Source: Diadema antillarum
Lineage: Eukaryota
NCBI RefSeq assembly: GCF_040938485.1
Contig: NW_027271282.1
Location: forward strand, 62,001-126,000
Reading direction: 5' to 3'
DNA: 64,000 nucleotides
Shown here: positions 23,069 to 33,825 of the stretch, in pieces
Layout: each line of letters opens with the position of its first letter
How positions within the stretch are numbered: position 1 is the first letter of the stretch
Notes under the pieces: model-generated
The model's database searches: none
What the model saw: the letters and a program-made list of their open reading frames with translations, nothing else
What the model was told of the DNA's origin: nothing
Position numbers and translations under genes: made by a program

Positions 23069-26000
23069 CGTGGGTATGAATAGCCAGAAAAGAATAACCA
23101 TTTTAAAATTGCAGAACCTCATACTTCCGAACTAAGTGTGATGGGCAGAACAACTCCAAGTAAACCCGGTAATCTACGACATCGCCAAACAAAAGACTTA
23201 ACAAATCTGGGACAGGGAACAAAAAAGATTGAACCTGGGTATTGGGTCAATTAAAAAGAATGCGTATCAGTCATGTCGTTTCAAAGACTTGCTAAGCATT
23301 TGTTGGAGGACTTACGTAAGGCAAGAAACTTACATGTCAAAAAAGCATGTAGGAAGCATACATGAGAATGAAAGCTAGAGCAACAACAGCAAGGTTGGAA
23401 TTCTGAAATTGCATACGTTGAAATGTGCGTAGGAAGTGAAAGTACTGCTTGCCGACATGTTTACAAAGGGCAGTGACTTAAAAAAGAATTGATACGTTTT
23501 CTGGTGTGTAACAGAAGGCTCGCTCAAAAGAGAACTGCATTCGTGAATAAATATAGCGTGTGCTAAAAAGCATTAATGACATGTACAGAGACGCAATAAC
23601 AAAAATGTGGAGCAGTTCATGATGGAGTAACAGAAAATTCTTATCTGAGCTATAGTATGCGTAAAACAGCGAGAAGTTTGAAAGGAAAACACACAGATAC
23701 ACACCAAAATTTGTACATTTACGCGACCCGAAAACCAAAATCCAAAAATAAGACTTCAGTATCGTAACATGAAGGCCTATGACATGGAAATAATGATTAC
23801 ATGTCTTTTCGATAATCAAGGGAAAATTCAGCGCATGTTTTCAGTTATCAAACGCTTTTCATTGACCTTACGTTGACATTGTGAAGAACATTTGAAATAA
23901 AGAGGGCACAGCGTAAATGAGTATGAATAGCCCAGAGAAAAAAAAAACTCCACTCATTACAGGAGCGTACTTTACATTACGTGTGAGTTACTTCATAAGG
24001 TAAATGGATTAAGATGAAAAAGTACCTGAACAGCTGTAGTACAATAAACTAACAAACCAGACCATTCAATACTCTGTGACTTTTCGAGTGTTGAATTCTC
24101 CTGCTTCTCGTTTCACCGTGAAACGTGGTGATAGTACAGTGCCAGTGGCAGACCGAGGCCCGGAGCAGACAAAGCACTGGAGGGGTACCATGTGCGCCAG
24201 TCCAACGCCCCGCCAGCCCAAAACCCCAGTCCGCCACCGGCGCGTAATTGGTTACTCTGTTTTCGACATTTATAAAAGAACAAAGATTATATATTGGGGA
24301 GAATGAGAAGTAGTTGCAAATCATGATATACAGGCAGGCAAAAACAGTCTTCCTATTAATACCCTAATTTGGAACGATGTATCTAACAACCATTTCATAT
24401 TATCTTGGTATTGCAAACATACCGATATGAAAGTAATTTACAAAAATTGTTTTAAAATAAATACATGCAATTTAAATGGTGGATGTGTCTTGCTTGCAGA
24501 GAGATGTGAAAAACAATAACAGCGACAACGTTATTGCGCTGAGAAAAAGGATATTTATGCTTAGTGCAATATCAAAACTGATACATCTAATTTCCTTCTC
24601 TCAAATCACATTAATCATTCACCTGCCCGTACACCTATCAAAGTATATGTTGCATTAACACATAATTAAATGCAATATAGTGATTATGAGTAAATCACTG
24701 AGTTGCAGAGAAAATTTTTATCATGAAAATTTTGTTTAGTGGGTTTTGTGGGTATGAAGAGCCAGAAAAAAATAACCATTTTAAAATTGCACAAAACCAC
24801 ATACTTCCGAACTAAGTGTGATGGGCAGAACAACTCCAAGTAAACCCGGTAATCTATGACATCGCCAGTCAAAAGACTTAACAAATTTGGGACAGGGAAC
24901 AAAAAAGATTGAACCTGGGTATTGGGTCAATTAAAAAGAATGCGTATCAGTCATGTCTTTTCAAAGACTTGCTAAGCATTTGTTGGAGGACTTACGTAAG
25001 GCAAGAAACTTACATGTAAAAAAAAAAAAAAAAAAAAAAAACAAAAAAAAACATGTAGGAAGCATACATGAGAATGAAAGCTAGAGTAACAACAGCAAGG
25101 TTGGAATTCTGGAATTGCATACGTTGAAATGTGCGTAGGAAGTGGAAGTACTGCTTGCCGACTTGTTTACAAAGGGCAGTGACTTAAAAAAGAATTGACA
25201 CGTTTTCTGGTGTGTAACAGAAGGCTCGCTCAAAAAGAGAACTGCATTCGTGAATAAATAAAGCGTGTGCTAAAAAGCATTAAGGACATGAACAGAGACG
25301 CAATAACAAAAATGTGGAGCAGTTCATGATGGAGTAACAGAAAATTCTTATCTGAGCTATAGTATGCGTAAAACAGCGAGAAATTTGAAAGGAAAACACA
25401 CAGATACACACCAAAATTTATACATTTACGCGACCCGAAAACAAAAATCCAAAAATAAGACTTCAGTATCGTAACATGAAGGCCTATGATATGGAAATAA
25501 TGATTACATGTCTTTTCGATAATCAAGGGAAAATTCAGCGCATGTTTTCAGTTATCAAACGCTTTTCATTGACCTTACGTTGACATCGTGAAGAACATTT
25601 GAAATAAAGAGGGCACAGCGTAAATGAGTATGAATAGCCCAGAGAAAAAAAGAAAATCCACTCATTACAGGAGCGTACTTTACATTATGTGTGAGTTACT
25701 TCATAAGGTAAATGGATTAAGATGAAAAAGTACCTGAACAGCTGTAGTACAATAAACTAACAAACCAGACCATTCAATACTCTGTGACTTTTCGAGTGTT
25801 GAATTCTCCTGCTTCTCGTTCCACCGTGAAACGTGATGATAGTACAGTGCCAGTGGCAGACCGAGGCCCGGAGCAGACAAAGCACCGGAGGGGTACCATG
25901 TGCGCCAGTCCAACGCCCCGCCAGCCCAAAACCCCAGTCCGCCACCGGCGCGTAATTGGTTACTCTGTTTTCGACATTTATAAAAGAACAAAAATTATAT

Positions 26001-26430
26001 ATTGGGGAGAATGAGAAGTAGTTGCAAATCATGATATACAGGCAGGCAAAAACAGCCGTCCTATTAATGCCCTAATTTGGAACGATGTATCTAACAACCA
26101 TTTCATATTATCTTGGTTTTGCAAACATACCGATATGAAAGAAATTTACAAAATTGTTATAAAATAAATACATGCAATTTAAATGGTGGATGTGTCTTGC
26201 TTGCAGGGAGATGTGAAAAACAGTAACAGCGACAACGTGATTGCGCTGAGAAAAAGGATATTTATGCTTAGTGCAGTATCAAAACTGATACATCTAATTT
26301 CCTTCTCTCAAATCACATTAATCATTCACCTGCCCGTACACCTATCAAAGTATATGTTGCATTCACACATAATTAAGTGCAATATAGTGATTATGAGTAA
26401 ATCACTGAGTTGCAGAGAAATTTTTTATTT
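23069..26430. repeat. Tandem duplication of a ~1.7 kb unit inside the LINE inter-ORF spacer; diverged partial third copy at ~22300-23050
   Basis: Paired near-identical ORF-track hits (23478/25230, 24049/25757, 24476/26183); units start gtgggtatgaa at 23069 and 24748. Confidence 0.9.
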
Positions 26431-26561
26431 TGATTTAACAAATTAACGTAAAATATTTCTGAGACATTGGTGAGACGAAAAGTTACAAAATCTCATGACA
26501 AAGTTTTAAAACCTATGCTATCTAAGTATAGGTTGTCAATTCTTACTTTAGCACAGGTGAC

Positions 26562-27623
26562 TCAGTCATTCCAGGCTTTCCAAGGCAGTGGGGTTGCATT
26601 TTCATTTGGCTTTCTCGTTTGCAAAATTACTTTGGTTCCATTGACTATGATTCTTGTAGCCAGCTTTTGCTCCTTTCTGAGACGGTAGGCGGTAGCTGCC
26701 AGCCTTCCGCGCTCTCTCTTCATCGATGCCGGTAGGTCGGTCCTGACTGTTATGCGCGGTTGAGGGCTCGATGCTGCGTTGGCATAGGACATTTCAGCAG
26801 CCTGCGGTGGCCGGGGACCTGGACGTTCACGCTGGGATGCATGCAGGATACGCTCACGGTCGCACATTCGCCCAAATCGGACGATAATCGGGTCGGGGTT
26901 CGCAACACCATCACCGGGCGATGTTTGGGATTGGTGGTCGTTGGGTCCTCGGGCTGGTTGTCTCCGGGGAAGACGATGTGCATTGATTACGGGAATTCGG
27001 GCCGCTTCCTCTTGGGATATGTTGAGCAGCATGGCGAAGACCTCCGCGCACACTTTCAGGACATTTTCGTTGGGTTCCTTTGGCACCCCGTACAGCAGTA
27101 GGTTGAGTTTGCGTTCGTGGATCTCAAATAACAAAAGTTTTTCATTTAGCTCACTTTTGGCCTTTTCGATTTCTTTTAGTATGTTCGGCATTTTTGTAGA
27201 CTCTATCTCGTCTAGTCGACTACTGGTGTTAGTGGCACTCACCTCCAGATCGGAAACGGTTTTCTTGGTGGTCATGAGGTCCAGCTTTAAGGAGGCCACG
27301 TCGCTCATGAGTAGGTCTATCTTTGAGTTGAGTTGGCGATTGTTAGCTTCATTTGCCTGTTTTAAATCAGAAATCATTTCAGCAATGTCTCCAATAGTAG
27401 CAGTGGTGTCAGCTTGGTCCGAATGTTCAGCTGCCGGCGCACGGTCTCCCACAGGATGGGAGGGGCTCCCCGCAGTGCTTGACGTAGCGTCGTCATGTTC
27501 CTGATCCGAGTCTGCCGCACAACTTTCATTTGCTGTTTTCTGGTTTCTTGTAGATTTATTTCTGGTTGACATTCTGGTAGATTTCACTGCTGGAACTTTG
27601 GGTCTCACTGCTGGGTTAGACAT
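26562..27623 (-). CDS. LINE ORF1p (coiled coil, RRM, CTD; L1-ORF1/Transposase_22-like), 353 aa
   Basis: Heptad-rich N-half; ERKLNLLLYGVPKE, AHRL, PIIVRF, DL...RERG motifs; open frame; upstream GC-rich 5' UTR ending ...gacgtg. Confidence 0.85.
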   Translation of the reverse strand: MSNPAVRPKVPAVKSTRMSTRNKSTRNQKTANESCAADSDQEHDDATSSTAGSPSHPVGDRAPAAEHSDQADTTATIGDIAEMISDLKQANEANNRQLNSKIDLLMSDVASLKLDLMTTKKTVSDLEVSATNTSSRLDEIESTKMPNILKEIEKAKSELNEKLLLFEIHERKLNLLLYGVPKEPNENVLKVCAEVFAMLLNISQEEAARIPVINAHRLPRRQPARGPNDHQSQTSPGDGVANPDPIIVRFGRMCDRERILHASQRERPGPRPPQAAEMSYANAASSPQPRITVRTDLPASMKRERGRLAATAYRLRKEQKLATRIIVNGTKVILQTRKPNENATPLPWKAWND

Positions 27624-27951
27624 CCTCTCTTTGGTTGGGATGGGGTTAACGTGAGCTCACTTTCAGCTGAGTGTTTTATAGTTGAGATGAGTTATTGGGA
27701 GCGGGAGCTCAAGAGGACACGTCCTATCAGTTCCACGTCATTCGATCGAAAAAAAATTCGATCGAAAAAAATATTGTAGAAGAAACTCTGACGTATTTGG
27801 ATATGCAAATCTTTGTCTGAAATTCCACTCCTAAGTTCTCCAATTACAACATTCAAAACAGCATGTTTTGTCCAAATCCTGTCACTTTTTGATGCGTCTA
27901 TGCATTTCCGCGTAGTTAGCTAGTTCATCTTTTTTTGCGCGTATTGCTTTG

Positions 27952-28519
27952 TTAAAGGACAAGTTCACCTTCATAAACATAAGGATTGAGAGAATGCAAC
28001 AATATTAGTAGAACACATCAGTGAAAGTTTGAGGAAAATTGGACAATCGATGCAAAAGTTATGAATTTATAAAATTTTTGTATTGGAACCGCTGGATGAG
28101 GAGACTACTACAGCTTGTGAGTCATTTGCGTACAACAGTATAAAGAAAATGTATAAGAAAATTCAACATATTTTCACTTTTTTCGCATAATAAAAGAGCA
28201 CTTGACTTGACTCTTTCTAAAGGCAGGGGGAATAATATTACCCATAACAATTTGTCGGTAACGAGTCAGGGGAATGTGTACTTTTTTCAAAAGAAGGAAT
28301 TTTGTGAAATTCTCTTTATATTGACCTTATATTGTTGTATGCATGTGACATCGTACACTGCAGTCGTCTTCTCATCCAGCGGTTACTGTACAAAAACTTC
28401 AAAAATTAATAACTTTTGAACGGATTGTCTGATTTTCCTCAAACTTTCAATGATGTATTCTACTAATATTGCTACTTTCTCTCAAACCTTATGTTTATTA
28501 AGGTGAACTTGTCCTTTAA
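27952..28519. mobile_element. TTAA-TSD MITE (Kolobok-like)
   Basis: ttaaaggacaagttcacc...ggtgaacttgtcctttaa; same family at 37449-38701 and 57230-57796. Confidence 0.9.
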
Positions 28520-28586
28520 ACTTCCGCGCCGTTTTCTGGCGTTTGCGCGCAGCGGCGCTAAGGGCCCTTTTCTCGCGTCACGGCCC

Positions 28587-28643
<57 letters not shown>

Positions 28644-29078
28644 TCATGGTTGCAGTATATATTATTAGCATCATTTATGTCATTATTCGATAGCCAGAAG
28701 ATGACGCGTGGCTGTTGTACTGCATTATATATAGCCACTTACGTCTTGCAATGCTGCCACATGCTGTATTATAGTCGACAACATAAAAATGTCTAGTTTG
28801 ATACTATTACAGTCTTATGTTATACAACTCACAATATGAAAATATTGAATTGGTGTTTTTGTTATATACCTTCATCTCAATTAATAACACGAGTTTGATA
28901 TGAAATGTATTCAATACTATGCAATTAACTACGTAGATTATTATTGTATTCTGATACACAATTACGGATTGATTGATTACATAGTCATTACAGACTCACG
29001 CCAGTTAGATTTATATACATTGTATATATCAGTGTAGCCATATACACTATGATACGAGTGAGTCATTTTTGTATCGTT

Positions 29079-29121
29079 ACAGCCCTGATGAAGGTCCTAA
29101 TGAGACCGAAAGCTCGGCAGT
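29079..29121 (+). ncRNA. Minimal type I hammerhead ribozyme, canonical core
   Basis: acagcc CUGAUGA a gguc cuaauga gacc GAAA gc UC|ggcagu; predicted cleavage after 29115. Confidence 0.75.
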
Positions 29122-29252
29122 AAACACGCACGTTGATCACTAGCTACGTCTACAATTGCTCTTCTTCTCGCACTGAATATAAATAATGAAAGAGCTACAC
29201 TGGTGCTGTAAATGGTCGAGACCCCTTCTCGCAGTCTATATTATATTCATTC

Positions 29253-29307
<55 letters not shown>

Positions 29308-29308
29308 G

Positions 29309-29972
29309 TGACCCGCTACAACAAAAGGATCCTAAAGTCGCTGACGGCTGAGCCCAGAAAATCGAGTTTCAAGTCACATCATCAAAATTGGTCAAAACAA
29401 TCGGATTTCTGTTTTTGGAATAATTCTGTACTCTGATGTTTTGTCTATCATCTGCCGAAATTTCGAAGCTAAATGATCAAAGGAAAGGCAAGAAATCAAC
29501 GTTTTTCTGGGCCACGATTTTCCGACTTTCAACGTAACAGAAACGTGTCCGAAGATTTAGATTTAGCGCCGCAGCTAGACTCCGCCCCTAGCAACGAGGG
29601 AGTGATCTTAATGGCCAGTGCGTGGCATCCTGATTACTGATTGGTCGTGCGTAGACCGCTGGCGCTAAGCTTGAATGAACATCGCGGAGGTTGCTAGGAG
29701 CATACCTTCTATTGTCCAGCGGTGAAAACTGTCTCAACTCCCCTTGATCATGATAGCGTCGGAAGGATAACTTTGAAGGCGTTTTTCTCAAAACTCTCGA
29801 TTTCCTCAGCCAACTGACATGCTCTAATAAAATCATTGATATCTCCTCAATCGCGTATTTTCATGAGTTGTGCTATATATGAAATTAAAGTAGAAGAGTA
29901 AATGAATAATGTCATGCAATTTTCAGAAAATTGTCCTCCCCCGTCTTTCAGATCCTTTTGTTGTAGCGGGTC

Positions 29973-29973
<1 letters not shown>
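29309..29973. mobile_element. MITE with 23-bp TIRs inserted in (TA)n
   Basis: tgacccgctacaacaaaaggatc (29309-29331) and gatccttttgttgtagcgggtca (29951-29973); (TA)n on both sides. Confidence 0.85.
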
Positions 29974-30034
<61 letters not shown>

Positions 30035-31103
30035 TGTATATATATATTCATTTATAAACGAGAGTAAAGAGGCGGTAGACGTTGCTTAATCCTCACAAGT
30101 GAGTTTACTCAAGCTTTCGGGCTTCCTGCCCTTTGCCAAGACTGGGGACAAGATACAAAACATGGATATCATATACACAAATAGAAAATAATAATGATGA
30201 TCAAAACAATAGCGGAACTGATAACTACAGTGAAGGAGGCAGAGACGGCAGGGAATAATTACACAGGTGGGAGTGTATATATGCATCAATCTTGCATAAT
30301 ATAACATGCAGATATACAATCACAAACAAGCATACAAAATATGAACATTTACAAATACAGTGTACGTATGACTAAACATCTGCACACACACAATGGATAC
30401 GGATGTGTGCGCACAATCACACATGTGAAAGTCCTCGCGCATGTCAAAGCAGGCAACCATATAAACAATAACGGCAATTAATGAAATCATAATAGTAATT
30501 AAATCAAGGAGTGTATGTATGAATAAGCGGAACATAGGTACACACAAAAAGAGCACAGTTTTTTCTTGTGTCTTTCTTCTCTCCTTATTCCCTCCTTTCC
30601 TACTTTTTGCTCTCTCGTCTCTCCTCTGTATATAATGCGTACAAGCACTTGACAGATTGTATCACTTCATTGCCATTATGACGTTTCTATTATCGTTCAT
30701 AATTATTGTCTCCTTTGTGCAGCGCGTGCCATCTCAGTGTGACGTCTTCTCTGTTATAACGCACAGTATGGCACTCATATATTCACGCAATTTTAAATTT
30801 AGTTAAGTTTTGTCATAAAATAATGATTTTTTTCAAGAACTCATAGAAAACTTATGGTAAACATTGTTACTATAATGTTAATTTCCTGTCTGATTTGTCA
30901 TTTTCGAATATCAATTTTCCGCATTGTATCATCATTTACTGGTGCCAACCAGGACCACCCCTGTTTTTGCATTGTTTTATTATTTTTTCTTGTACAGTTA
31001 TGTTACAGATTTAGTTATTTGGTTATTTGGTTAATTACATAGCATTATACAACTTTTTTTTTCTTTTTTTTTTCCCCAGTAAATTTATGTACCTTCATTG
31101 TAC

Positions 31104-31234
31104 NNNNNNNNNNNNNNNNNNNNNNNNNNNNNNNNNNNNNNNNNNNNNNNNNNNNNNNNNNNNNNNNNNNNNNNNNNNNNNNNNNNNNNNNNNNNNNNNN
31201 NNNNNNNNNNNNNNNNNNNNNNNNNNNNNNNNNN
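31104..31234. other. Assembly gap (N run)
   Basis: Run of N. Confidence 1.
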
Positions 31235-31688
31235 TCAAATGTATAATTCACATGGTTATCTCCAATACCCTGATTGGGTGACATGAGATAAATAAAATTG
31301 TCATAAAAAAAAAAATAACGCAACTCAGCATGCGTTTATTGTTATTATTTGTTATCCTTTGTTTTGGTTACACTAAGACTACGCGCGCTGGTGGGATATT
31401 GACATATCACTGTGAAAATCCATTGGCACCTTCATTGTATCATATTAACTTCATTGCCTTTATGACGTTTCTATTATTGCTATTATTGTCTCATGATCTT
31501 TTTGTGTAGCGCGCGCAATCCTAGTGTGACGTCTTATCTATTATGACGTGTAGTATGACACTCATAAGCGCACAACATGCGTTTGTTGTTATTATCTATT
31601 ATTTTTTTGTTTTGGTTACACTTATTGCGCGCGCTAGCAGGGTAGTAACACCTCACTCTTAATAATCATTGTGAATATTCGCACTGTC

Positions 31689-31726
31689 ATCCCTGAAGAA
31701 GAGGAAGGTTCCTCGAAAATTCGGAT
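31689..31726 (+). ncRNA. Minimal type I hammerhead ribozyme, canonical core
   Basis: aucc CUGAAGA a gagg aagguu ccuc GAAA au UC|ggau; perfect 4-bp stems I and II. Confidence 0.75.
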
Positions 31727-31898
31727 TATTCATTAAATCAAGATTGGCTATCAATGCATTCCCTGCATTCCTCTGTTGTGACTTTATATTATATACATCC
31801 CCTTTTTTCAGTCCCTTTCATCACATTACTCCTTACTGATAAAGCCTACTTAAGGCCCAATTTGTATTCTGCATTCTGCTAACATCATTACTCTTTAA

Positions 31899-32747
31899 AG
31901 GCCGTGTCACACCATAACGCGGGCTTGTGGCGAGGAGGTAGTTTCCAGCACGTAGAAAATTTTCAGCGGACGAACAAGAATGTTTGCAATTTTCATTCAT
32001 GCCTTGTCAAACCGTACGGGGGAACTTCTGCAGCTTGACTTGCGGGGAAACAAATTTACTCACCGGAGCTCTCCGCAGTAATGGTCCGCACCTGACAGTA
32101 TCTAGCGCGTAGTTGCCCGGAGGTGCTCACGCAAGTCCGATTTAACCGCAGCCAACTTTTGAGCAAGACCAAAACTTTTTCCGGGTGAGTCGCGGGAATG
32201 CCCGTAGAGGTCCACGCAGAACGCCAGTAGGAGACCAATAGCGGCAGTACTTCCCAGGCAATTCCCACGCAGGTACTTCACAGTCCCGTATGCAGCCAAG
32301 ATAATGAAATTCTGTGAGATTTCAGCCATTCCATTAGAGGAATTCCTTCACTAAGTTGTCAGCCCCCACGCGACTGGTACAAAGGTCACACAGTATACTC
32401 GCAAGTATAACGCGGCCAGCAAGTAAGACACATGCGCTGACTCGCACAAATCAGAGCGGGTTGATAGATATCTATCAACCCGCTCTGGCACAAATTCTTT
32501 TCCGCCCTCAGGAATGTCCGGTATGCTAGAAAATCCCTACACGTAACAAGCCCGAGTAGCTTGCCCGGAAAGGTGTGACAGGGCCTAAACACGATTGCGG
32601 GTAAAAAAAAAAATATGCGTGCGCACCTCCGGGCGACTACTTTTGAGATACATGCTAGGTACTGTCATGTGCGGATATCTACGGGGACCTCCGGGTAGTC
32701 AAAATTGTTCTTTGCAAGTCGCACGTAAGGCTAGTGTGACACGGCCT
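31899..32747. mobile_element. Non-autonomous PIF/Harbinger-like element
   Basis: TIR aggccgtgtcacac / gtgtgacacggcct with TAA/TTA flanks; absent at the homologous position near 48005. Confidence 0.65.
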
Positions 32748-33744
32748 TTAGTTCGAAGAGCATGCAGGCAGTTTTAAGTAATTTTGGAAGTAATGATGTA
32801 ATCATTGCGCTATAATTCCTGCGTGTAACAAAATTATATTCTGTAATTGGTCGACAAAACAGTTCTCATAAACGTCACTTGAAGGTGTTCAGTGCTAATG
32901 ATAAATGTATAAAATCAAAAAAAATATGAAAATCAGAGTTTTAAAATAGAAAAGTTCAAAAAGTTTTTAGTAAGAAAATATAATCTTAACAACTAAACTT
33001 CTGACGAAGTTTTAGATTTTTGATTGCATGGCTCTATTAAACCTATCAAGCTATCCTATATATAAGTTATCATTGAAATTGATTCGACATCATATCTATA
33101 AAAAAAATCTGAAAAAAATATCTATCATAACTTCCTGAAGAGATGTATTCATTGTTACTCATGCGTTTGATATAAGGCGCAAAAGTAAAAGAACTATATA
33201 CATTTTGCATATATAGACCCAAGCATGTTCCGCAAGGACACAAAATATAAGGACATAAAATAAACTTCCAATTAGAAACAGCATTTTGATTCAGCAAAAT
33301 AATATGTCAAAGAAAATAGATTGAGAAAGAGTGCTAAAGCAAAAACATCAAGAGTTCAGTGAGTCATTTCACAGGAATTAAAAATTTTTGATGTTGAAAT
33401 GTCTTGATTGTGGAATAGACGAATGATAATTAAAAATTTGGAACAAGGCAGCGCCCACCGTTACTGGTTTGTGTAGCATTAGCGTAAAGCTACACTTGTT
33501 ATTACATATTCACCATCAACTCTATCGATGCAAAATCTGTTCTTGTTTTCACTGTCTGGCAAATTACCGGTTTCTGTTGACGTATGCCATCCTAGTCCGT
33601 AGCCAAAATATCCTCACTGTACTTCCTCTACTGACAACTCATGATACATAGCGTACACACGGTGAATGTGTACATACACTAAATGTACGTTTTAAACTTT
33701 ACTGTCATTATAGTATTATCATCTCACGCATAGCTACATGTGTG

Positions 33745-33755
33745 TTTATATATAC

Positions 33756-33816
<61 letters not shown>

Positions 33817-33825
33817 CATATATTC
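33745..33825. repeat. (TA)n-rich microsatellite; homolog at 49164-49203
   Basis: Read directly. Confidence 0.9.

Larger units (their letters stand above)
17783..27740 (-). mobile_element. Probable near-full-length ~10 kb L2/Crack-type non-LTR retrotransposon
   Basis: ORF1 at 26562-27623, ORF2 at 18416-21540, 3' tail of (ttgaa)n at ~17783-17798; all on the same strand and inside one host element. Linking ORF1 to ORF2 is an inference. Confidence 0.65.
17366..28586. mobile_element. TA-flanked non-autonomous DNA transposon hosting a LINE and a MITE
   Basis: Perfect inverted termini gggccgtgacgcgagaaaagggcccttag (17366-17394) and ctaagggcccttttctcgcgtcacggccc (28558-28586), embedded in (TA)n. 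Confidence 0.8.

Noticed and set aside
24150-24250. HDV-like ribozyme in the GC-rich island of the LINE spacer
   Set aside because: I could not build the nested double pseudoknot by eye; left unassigned.
23478-26446. Duplicated ORFs in the 1.7 kb units
   Set aside because: AT-rich and low-complexity with no domain signal; they recur only because the DNA is duplicated.
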